Origin: Podarcis cretensis
Lineage: Eukaryota
Length of the DNA stretch: 64,000 nt
Direction: 5' to 3'
Assembly: GCA_951804945.1 (NCBI GenBank)
Contig: OX638149.1
Coordinates: 23,622,001 to 23,686,000 of the forward strand
The notes beneath the pieces were generated by a model. The model was not told where the DNA came from and searched no databases. It saw nothing but the letters and a program-made list of their open reading frames with translations. The first letter of the stretch is position 1. Every line of letters starts with the position of its first letter. Shown here one piece after another: positions 54,590 to 64,000 of the stretch. The position numbers and the translations under genes were made by a program.

Positions 54590-55976
54590 TTTGCGTTCTC
54601 TTTTTCAACCACCAGGTGTCCTTCTATTGTTTCAATTTTCCTTTTGTTTTCCTTTTGTTTCCTGCTTTTCCTAATTTGTCCACTGGGTGTCACTGTTCTT
54701 ATTTACTCAGCTTGCCAGCTTCTGCCCTCCTTTAATCCTCTCTTTCACTATTATGTCTTCGTCACTTCCTCCTTCTTCCTCCTTCCTCCTTCTTGATGAT
54801 TACTCAGCATCTTCAGACCCTCAACGCCATCTTATCTTATCTGTTAAATTCCCCTCCTTTCCCCCACAGCGTTCCTTATTCCATTGTCCTTATCTTTCCT
54901 TCAAGGACATTCAGTTTCAAAGCAGCTGCTTTATTCCGCCCAGCTCCAACAACAGGCAGCCTGCACCGCTTTGCACTTTGTAGTAAGTCCGTTTCAGATA
55001 GTGTGCTTTTCAAATAGTTTAATTGCAATCTGAGTGATTTCTTTACACTCTCTCCATATTTTTTTCTGTTCTTCTGTCTTCCCTTTACTTTTGTGGTAGC
55101 ATTACTTCTCCTCCGCTATTTTTACTCTTTATCTTGTTTTGGGTTTACTTGCTCCGTGAGGGATCCCCCCCCCCCGAGTTCCCTTTCCCCCCCTTGTCTT
55201 ATTTCCTTTTAGGTTTTATTGCTGCTGCTACCACTTTACGTTTATTTTAATATAGAAATAGAGATTTTACCATCTTGTCGCTGCTTCAGTGATGTGAGGC
55301 TTTTCACCGGTCTGTTTGATGTTCTTCTCTGTGCCTGGATTCCCCCCCACACACACACACACCTCAGCCGTTTTTTTCTTTTGGCGAGGGGTGCCGGGAC
55401 TCCAAAAAGACAGTGCTGAAGTTCCTTTGGCTTGAGCTTCCTTCCAAGCCTTTTCAGGGGTCGTTTAGCCAAACGTTGCCCCTCACAGTACCAGTGTACG
55501 CCCCAACCTGCTTACTGCAGTCAGAGCTCACACTGTTGCAGCTGTGGTAAAAGCTGAAGTGCATTCCTGTCCTATGATATCTATACCAAAATAAATCTCA
55601 TGAGTTGTAGCATAAGAAATTATAGTCTGTGCGCTACTTGGTGCCTCGACAACACAATCCTTTTTTGCTTTCTACTCAGATGTAAGCCCCATTAAGTTCA
55701 GTGGGGCCCAGATAGTTCGTTTTAAGATTCCAACCTTAGGCTCAATGGCTGTGCATTTATGCATATATAGATTAGAGACACTATGTATCTGTTCTCTTCC
55801 CAGATTGAATATCTAGCAGTTTTCATGCACAAGCTTATGCAAGGTGCACATACACTCTCCAAAAGGCAAAAACGCTGTTGTAGTCCAAGCACCTGCTTAG
55901 CTGAAGGAGTTGCCAGAAGGAGGCGTACAAGCCAAGGAACCACCTAACCATCTTAGGTACTGCACTCCAGATTTGT

Positions 55977-56298
55977 TTGATTTTTAACATAATTTTTATT
56001 GAGTTTTCCATATTTCATTACAATTTCATTACACAAATCCATAACTTAAAACATTGCTCACACAAAGCACCGACCTCCTTCCCACCCTCTTTCTGACTTT
56101 CAAACATCTTTACCAATTCTTCGCATTTCTATAGCCACTTTTTTACCTTATATCTACTTTTGACGTTCGCCTCCTTATATGTAAAACAGCTCCTTATTTT
56201 CACATTACCAAGCATTTCAACTCAGACCTACAAACCTTTTCAAATGTTTACAATTTTCTTTCATATAAAATATAAATTTGCTCCAGTCCTTTTGAATC
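55977..56298 (-). mobile_element. Short L1 3' insertion
   Basis: 14-bp TSD CACTCCAGATTTGT at 55963-55976 and 56299-56312; minus strand encodes ...KDWSKFIFYMKENCK..., then AATAAA and an A-rich tail. Confidence 0.8.
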
Positions 56299-57739
56299 CA
56301 CTCCAGATTTGTGTAGGGTTTACTCCTTAGCCTTTTCTTCTCCCACAAGGCAGCAGAATTTTCAGATCAGTTTTCCTTCTCCTAGATGGACTAGCTTTGC
56401 AGGTTGATGAGCCACATCTGCCCCTCATTTCCCTCTACATTACATGCAGAACTCACCTTCTTGACCACTGAACCCACTATTGGTCTCGTCCACTCAATCT
56501 GCAGAAGCCTGTCTTCATCACATGCAGGGGAACCTCTCTAACTCCAGAGGGTTTGAGAACCATTGGCTCACTTCACCTGCTTTAGCTGGCCACTGAAAGC
56601 CATTTCCCGAGATGTGGCCACTATCGCATGCTGACAACTTCTAGGAGCCACAGGTGAGCTCCATGCAGGGTGGGGGCCAAAGGTGAACAAACCATCCCAG
56701 AAGGTGCATAGTGTGTCGCTCACCAGTGGTACTACCCCTCCCCTGATATCCCATACACCCCAGGAAGGTATCATAGAGCAAGCAAAGAAGTGGTGAGAAT
56801 CTGTATCTTACAAAAAATACTGCAAAACAGAATTCAGATTGCATTTTAGCAGTCAAAGTTCAACCAGTGTGGGAACAGTGGATTAATTTGATATTGTATA
56901 CTTAATATTAGCTATAAACCTTCAGCATAGGATGGACTAGAAGCTTTTATTCTAGTTTATTTATAAAAGTTTATTCAGTCAGACTACAAACACGAATGGG
57001 ACTTGGCTTGCCGTTTATGCGGAGTCAGTATAGTCTCTTATCTGAAAATCCATTCAATTTGCACTTATCTCTGAACTTCATATAGTTTCTGGAATAATGA
57101 ATTTTAAAAGGATATGGGTACATTGCCAACATTACGATAAACAATAAAAAAACCCACACCAAATAGTGATTTAAAACAACACTATATCATATTGCAGACA
57201 GCAGTTAAAACAAACAATGCAGAAATATCATTAAATTATTGGCCCAAAGCCTGTTTGTTTTTGTTTTTTTAAGTATTTACATGTTTCTTGAAAGCAGGTA
57301 AAGGTTTATTAATAGTTAAACTATTCAGGCAAGTTTATGAGACAATGGCCACCTAAGGACCACCATTAGTCTAAAAGGAGAAGAGACTGCCCTTTGGGCA
57401 AATGAGTGGAATTTTTGCCCTCTAACAAGCTGCTACTAGGAAAGGCAATAGGCAGTGCTAGAAGCAGGCAGCAGCTAAAGACAGAGCCATTTTTGCTTGA
57501 TTCCAAGGCTGTGACTCTGGGAGAGGCAAGACCTTCTAGGTCCGGATGTTAATGCTGTGAGCCCCCCACCCCAAATCTTAGGCACAAGTTGTATATTTGT
57601 GTAGATAAACTATATATCATAACTATATATCATTCCAAGGAAACCAAACCCTGGGAAAGTGTCCGGAACCCCTCAGAGGCTGGGATGGCATGCAACAATA
57701 CATAGAAAGCAGCCATATACTGTCTAGTGCAGTATTGCC

Positions 57740-58370
57740 TATATACCTTGTGAAATATGGACCACTTATAAACGCCATCTCCAACTCCTCGAAAGATTCC
57801 ATCAACAGTGTCTCCAAAAAAAATTGCACATCACTTGGGAAGACAGGAAACAAATGCCAGTGTACTGGAAGAAGCAAAGATCACCAGTGTCGAAGCAATG
57901 ATTCTTCAATATCAACTTCGCTGGACTGGTCATGTTGTTCGGATGCCTAATTATTGTCTTCCAAAGCAACTACTCTATTCTGAACTTTAAAATGGAAAAA
58001 GAGGTTTAAAGACTTTCAAGGCAAATCTTTAAAAATGTAGTATATAACCAACAACTGGGAAACACTGGCCTGTGAGCGCTCCAATTGGAGAACAGCCTTT
58101 ACCAAAGGTGTCGTGGGCTTTGAAGATGCTCAAACTCAGAACACAAGGGAGAAACACACTAAGAGGAAGGCACACTTGGCAAACCCTCACCATGATCAAC
58201 TCCCGCCTGGAAACCAATATCCCCGCTGTGGAAGAACGTATGGATCCAGAATTGGCCTCTACAGTCACTTACGGACTCACTTTTAAAACCATATTTATGG
58301 AAGACAATCTTACTCAGCTATGAGTGATCGCCGAAGAAGAAGAAGAAGAAGAAGAAGAAGAAGAAGAAGA
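57740..58370 (+). mobile_element. RTE-clade LINE 3' part (not Bov-B) with (GAA)n tail
   Basis: ETWTTYKRHLQLLERFHQQCL...QLRWTGHVVRMPNYCLPKQLLYSEL and a C-terminal ...CGRTYGSRIGLYSHLRTH zinc-finger-like motif. Confidence 0.85.
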
Positions 58371-58599
58371 ATTTATTTGTATTTATTTACTATGTTTTGC
58401 TATTACATTTTCATTCTACCTTTCCTCCAAGGAACTCAAGGAAGGAATTCATTCTTTGCCCATCAGATGGTTGAAGCTCTCTTTGGTATATTTGGTCGGC
58501 AACAAATTGTTTAGGAAGGGATAAGATAATGAGACATAAGCAAGATTAGTTCTTGAGGACGTCTTTCTATCTGCCCCATGGCAGTACTGCTGTTCCTCC

Positions 58600-59160
58600 T
58601 GTGGCATGCTCCTCAGTAACATTTGCAGCGGGAAAGGCTTCCCTTCAAACTGTCAGCGGTTTTTTTTTTTAATCCTGGCAGGCTCCTCAGGAGTGTTGTG
58701 AGGAGTCTAGCCAGTTGGTGAGCTCTCTAATCTAAAACAGCTGTCCCCAGACTGAGGCCTCCCATTTGCATTGTTTAACATACTTAGAAAATGAAGTGTT
58801 CATTTTTAACATTCCTCCTCCAATTGGTTTAATGCTGAATTACAGAAGAGAACTAAGCAAAACCAGGTGCTTTTGCTGTATTCTCTCCAGTGTCTAAGGA
58901 GGAGCAGATCTCTCCTTCTCCCTTCACTCTTCTCCCCTCCTTCCTTCCCTCCCTCCCTCCTCCTCCTTCCTTCCTTCCCTCTTTCTCTCTCTCTCTCTCT
59001 CCTTCTGCTTCTCTATGATTTTGGGTCTTTCATTCTGTGGAATATAAATGATGGCAGGACTAACGTTCTGGCAAAAGGTTTAATGTGCAAAACTATTTTT
59101 CAGCTATTCAGCTGTGCACACATTATTTTCCCCGCTCAACTTTTTTCTTCAGTTTTGGAC
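58600..59160 (+). promoter_or_regulatory. FBLN5: FBLN5 promoter / 5' leader with a putatively conserved block and a polypyrimidine tract
   Basis: 58738-58873 resembles the human FBLN5 5' UTR as I recall it; CT-rich tract 58906-59013; TATAAA 59043-59048. Confidence 0.6.
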
Positions 59161-59177
59161 ATGACAGGATTAAAAAG
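59161..59177 (+). CDS. FBLN5: FBLN5 exon 1, coding part
   Basis: ATGACAGGATTAAAAAG|gtaggt, MTGLKR. Confidence 0.88.
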
Positions 59178-62175
59178 GTAGGTCCTATGCACTCTCTCTC
59201 TCTCCCTCTCTTAGTGTTTACTGAATGCAAACCTTGCTTAATAGCTGATGTCTCTTCTCCTATCATGTTTGCTAAAACTGTATGTAAACTAACAGGAGGG
59301 AGAGCGGGGAAACAGACTATTTTGTAGCATGATGTATACTACATCTACCAATATCCTTTGCACTCTTTTCTGCCCTTGATAGCTGCAGTAACTCATAGAA
59401 AATGTGGATCTTAAAGGGGGTTTCCCCCCTGTGCAAACATGTATAAAAAAATTTATTGATTTCTTCGTTCACTATTATTTAACTGCTATTGCATCTGGTG
59501 GCTAAGCCAGCCTCTCCAGCTGATAAATGTGACAGATCTCTTGAGAATAGCTGTCTGGAAGAAGTGATAGGGATTGTAAATAAAGTAAACCTGGAAACAT
59601 GACACTGAAGCGATATACAGAAATTCAGGGATTTGTTGTTGATGAAGAAGATTATATCACTCTCCCTGTAAATGGTGCTTTACAGAGGAGGCCAAACAAA
59701 AAAAGTCAGGTCTCTACCCCAAGGAGCTTGCAATGTAAATTTTGAATGGGAAAAAATGACAGAGGGAGGAAGAGGAAGGCAAGAGGTGAATAATATGCAC
59801 AAGGTCAGTTACATGCAGCTAGGAATTAAGCCAAATCCTTAATCTTGCTGTTGACTGGTGACTCTGAAACCTCTTTCTGCTTCCACCCTCAAAAGTGTTG
59901 ATGAGCAGAGCTTTATGTGTTCCACTTTCAGTACAGAGGAACAGAGCTCCTTCAGGGCCATTTAAGCAAGAAAGGTCTAACTCTGAATACCAGTTGCACC
60001 AGCAAAGGAAGGATTTTGCCTTCATGTGCTGCTTGCAGGTTCCATGGGTGCATCTGGTTGGCCATGGTGGCAAACTGGGCTAGATGGAACTTGTGTCTGA
60101 CCCAGCAGTCATCTTCCTATGTTATATTTGCAAGTGTGCTTGTTCTAATGTGTGGATGTAACCAACATGAGGTCACAAACAGGTGTGCCATATACTGGTA
60201 TATTCATCAGGGATCCAGGATTGCCCAGTTACTTGTACACTCTCATTGGCAAACCCAGGTTTGCTGCTTTGTAATATGAGCAACAGCTTGATTTCCTTCT
60301 ACTTGTGCTACAGAATGAATCTGCACTTGGGTGTGCATTTTTGAAGTTGGACTACCTCTCTGGAAAGCTTCCAGGAGCTCCATAGACAAAGTTCAGCATT
60401 GAATGACAGATGACATAGCACTAGGCAGTGTCTCTGGAGAACAATTCTAGTTTTCTATGACTGAAAGGCCTGCCAAGCAAGCAAACATCTGCCTGCACAG
60501 GATTACCAATGGAGGGATTTGCTTGTTTTTTGTGTGCTTTGTTTCTGAATCATGTTCTGAAGGGCTTGAGAAGTTGCTGTCAGAATTAAAAACAGCATTG
60601 TTTGCCTCCTCTGTAATATGCAGAGAGAACAAAATATGCTGTTAGCATCCACTTGTGCTTTGGGAAACTCTGGGAGCGGCAATGAAGAAAGTTTTCTTTG
60701 AAGCACTGGCCTTCCTAGAAAATGTTTTAAATCAAATCCCCCACAAATAGTTAAATAGACATAGAAGCTATATATTAATAAAGGTGCAATCAACCAAAAA
60801 GTTGTTTTGCACAAGCACCATTAAACTACCACGCTCTCTCATACATCAAATTTCAATGGGGCTTGTACTAAAAATCATGATGGATTATGTCAGCTAATGT
60901 AAACAAGTTGCTTTCCTGGAAAGTAGATCACACAAATACGGTATGAACTAAAGTTCAAGAAACTTTATGTTGAGAGACTGAGAGATTATATGACAACAAA
61001 TCTACAGAAATAATAATGTTCACATTTTAAACATTTGATTTCCAAGGCATAGGGACGGCTGTATTTTAAGTATTCAAAAATAGTCAGCACTCTTATACCA
61101 CTTTAAAAGTCATGGCTTCTTCCAAAGAATCCTGGGGACTGCAGCCTGTTAAGAGTGCTGAGAAGTGTTAGGAGAGCCCTTACAGAGTTACAATTCCCAT
61201 CACCCTAATGATCAATTGTAATGATGAGCTGTACCTTTGAAGAGTTGGCATCCAGCACCCAAACACAGGACAGATATTAACCTGGCGATTCTCAAACTGT
61301 GTGCCATCTGAAAGTGTGCTATAAAATTAGGGGTTCTTTTAAGTATAGACTTAACATGAAAGGCAGCATGAGGTTTCACTAACTCTAGTGGAAGACCAAA
61401 AAGACAAAACAACAAACAGAGGACAGCAACTCCCTGCTAGCTGCAAGATCACACAGCTCAAATTCTCTACAGATGGGCAACCTGTAGCCCCTGTGGATGG
61501 TTTTGTAGTATCATCCCATCACCCCATGCTATCTGGGGTTAATGGGAGCTGGATCCCCATCATCCCATGCTATCTGGGGCTAATGGGAGCTGGAATCCAA
61601 CAATGTCTTGAAGGACCACAGTTTCCCCACAGTTTCTGCCTAGACCCAACAACCAGGAGATGACCCTTAAAGATACAGCAACTATATTTTAAAGAACTGT
61701 TCAATAGGCCACAGGCTCCTCCTAAATGCTTCTTTCGTAGGCGGCTGTGTATTACTTGACTCAGTGAATGTTTCACTGCCCTGCTCTGCTATTCTTCTGT
61801 TGGAAGTGGGTAATTTAGCCAGAGTGGCCAATTTTGCTGTGTTGTGCAATCACACCTGATGCAGAGAAAGACAGCATTACTTACCCTCAGAGGAAGTGGA
61901 CATTACAGTCAGGACAGACCTTTGTAGGCAAAAGCCCAGAGTCTCACTCAGCGGAGAGCAGCCTCAGATGCAGCAGGGCTGGCTTGCCACATATTAAATT
62001 CAACAAAGTGATCTCCTCTGGATGCAATGGTGGCTAAGTGCAGTGGGGTCATATCAGAAAACAGGTGGGTTACACATATCACTGTCCTGCATAATGATGA
62101 GGTTTATGTTCCTATTGCAGGATAATTACCATTTTCATGGTGGCTGCCTGCCTCTTAAGTCGTGGGAAGACGCAG
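59161..62175 (+). CDS. FBLN5: Fibulin-5, first two coding exons (signal peptide); remainder lies downstream of the window
   Basis: ggacATGACAGGATTAAAAAG|gtaggt (17 bp) spliced to 62121-62175 (55 bp) gives MTGLKRIITIFMVAACLLSRGKTQ, matching human MPGIKRILTVTILALCLPSPGNAQ in exon sizes; expected synteny downstream of TRIP11. Confidence 0.88.
62121..62175 (+). CDS. FBLN5: FBLN5 exon 2 (signal peptide)
   Basis: ttgcag|GATAATTACC...ACGCAG|gtaaga, IITIFMVAACLLSRGKTQ. Confidence 0.88.
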
Positions 62176-62569
62176 GTAAGATATGTCAAAAATATTTCAA
62201 CGTTTTATACAAAGAGATTTCATGACTGTGGACTGCTAAAGAGGAAGACCAGGACACAGTGCAATATTGGATTTGTGTTGCACTGTTGGCTTGGGTCAAG
62301 ACAGAACCAGAGCCTGACATTTGCATTAGACTTATTCTCTCATTCAACTTGGTGGTGGTGCGGATAATAATAATAATAATAATAATAGTGCTATATGGCC
62401 TTTCTAAGAACAAAAATCAATAGTTGCATCAATAAGTAGAAGTTATAGTAAACTGACTTAGAAAAACCATGTAAAAGCCATGTAAAAACTAGTAAGAACC
62501 CAGCATTGCTATGCAGAACTTGACTTCAGCTCAACATCTTCTCCACATCCTTATAGATCAGTGATTGAA

Positions 62570-62865
62570 CACATCTCCAGGTTAAAGGCTCAGGTAGTGG
62601 CTCATGGGATAGGCCTCACTCTTTCTGAGACCATGGAGAGCTGCTGCCAGCCAGAGTAGACCAGTGGTGGCAGACTGTAGTCCTCTGCAGGCTGTTGGAC
62701 TCCAGCTCCCATCATCCCCAGCCAACATGGTCAGTGTTGAGGGATTGTGGGAGCTGTAGTCCATCAACATCTGGGGGGCCACAAGTTCCCCACCCTTCAA
62801 GTACTAAATCTTGGATTTGATAGACCAATAGTTTGATCTGGTGTAATTCAGTTCCTTATGTCAGC
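62570..62865 (+). mobile_element. Squam3-like SINE body with a nested hAT-like MITE (~62662-62797)
   Basis: GAGACCATGGAGAGCTGCTGCCAGCCAGAGTAGAC interrupted by a ...GGACTCCAGCTCCCATCATCCCC... element related to 11982-12095 and 61470-61630. Confidence 0.55.
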
Positions 62866-63718
62866 CTACCCAAATCCTAACCAGCTTCATAACAGATTCA
62901 TCAAAATCGTGCCCCAAAGCCAATCACCTAATAGGCAATGTAGTTAGGGCAGAGGTAATATATACTTCTACAGATATGGTGATCAGGTGAAAAAGAGGGC
63001 AGGATTCTGGCACCCAAACAGTTTTGTAGACAAGGGAGTTTCAGCTGCTCCTTTCCACTTTTGCCAGATGGCGGCAAATGTATTTCCTACAAGCGCATCT
63101 TCAGGCCAGAATTCCCTGCAACATGAGCTGTGACAAGAGACATACATTGACAGAGAGATTCTTGATAAAACTATTGTCCCTAGAATACAGAAGGCAAAAG
63201 CAAATGGCCATTGTTTAATTTAGCTTTAAAATATATAGGAAAACACACTTTAGGCCAGAATTCTAAGGTGTGCAGTGAAACCTAGACAGTAGAGAGTTGG
63301 TTGTTTTTTAAAAAAAAAAAAATGAGAGGAGGTCCAGGCCCAGAGGCCTACCATTTGATGAGAATGAATAATAATATGTGACTGCTTTTATTTATTTATT
63401 TTTAAGATGGTCTTAATTTTTTTTAGCTGTTAATAATATTTTTAAATGTTTTTATGTGCGATGGTTTGTCTCCAGTCAGTGACATTGGCCTTTTAGCACA
63501 AGGAGGTCCACTTGTATGACAGAAGTCCCCTTCCCTCTCATCTGCCTTTGTGCCCCCAACCCCAAACAGTTTGGCAGCATTGGAGGTTGGTCCCCAGAAT
63601 AGTTTGGAGAGGCACAGGGAGGATAATAGCTAGGGAACTTTCTGTTGCTTATTTTCAACTGTATTGTTTTGCCGCTTTGGTGTTTGCTGCCCTGGGCTCC
63701 TCTCAGAGGAACTGCAGG

Positions 63719-63763
<45 letters not shown>
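63719..63763. repeat. (AAT)n microsatellite
   Basis: Directly visible; similar tracts at 43978-43997 and 62364-62387. Confidence 0.9.
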
Positions 63764-64000
63764 GAACCCTGGTATCGTAGCTGCATAGCTGTCTCTGGGA
63801 TACTAGGAGCACAGTCTCTCTCTTTTTGGCTCTGAGGAACTGCAAGATGAAACTGAGGAGATGGGGGTAGAGATGGAGATTCTGAGGAGAACTGTAAACA
63901 GGACAGAGAGACTGAGGAGATTACAGAGAGGGAATAAAGGATCCATATTGGCAGAAACAGTAGCAACAGTTTATGCCTTTTGCCGTCACATAGAAGCTCC

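Larger units (their letters stand above)
48762..55470 (-). mobile_element. Near full-length degenerate L1 LINE (5' UTR, ORF1, ORF2, 3' UTR, A tail)
   Basis: ORF1 fragments 53726-54589 (coiled coil, LRFRNVPEE); ORF2 EN (LLSWNVNG, GDLN, SRID, TDH), RT (QGCPLSP, FADD), CCHC (CWRC...HIWWNC); polyA signal near 48781. The 5' boundary is approximate. Confidence 0.92.

Noticed and set aside
62176-64000. FBLN5 exon 3 (expected QCTNGFDLD-like peptide)
   Set aside because: No matching sequence found; presumably beyond the window end.

Overview
Eukaryotic (squamate, probably lacertid lizard) genomic DNA with the conserved vertebrate synteny ATXN3 -> TRIP11 -> FBLN5, all on the + strand. It holds the last six coding exons of ATXN3 (491-5607; the polyQ tract is only CAG x3), the complete TRIP11/GMAP-210 coding region (10189-44242; 20 exons, 5883 nt, 1960 aa, CpG-island promoter) and the first two coding exons of FBLN5 (59161-62175), which the ORF track largely misses. 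Introns and intergenic DNA are rich in squamate transposons: Sauria and Squam3 SINEs, Bov-B/RTE, L1, L2, CR1, Tc1/mariner (Tigger-like and Tc2-like) MITEs and hAT MITEs. I see no new protein-coding system. The best leads are: (1) no equivalent of human TRIP11 exon 9; (2) two 5'-inverted, twin-priming-like retro-insertions, one Bov-B and one L1; (3) a perfect 48-bp inverted repeat just after TRIP11 exon 3; (4) uORF architectures in the TRIP11 and FBLN5 leaders; (5) a near full-length L1 interrupted by a MITE in ORF2 codons 3-4 and by a young SINE that has a ~99% identical inverted twin. Human exon sizes and sequences used for comparison are recalled from memory, not from a search.
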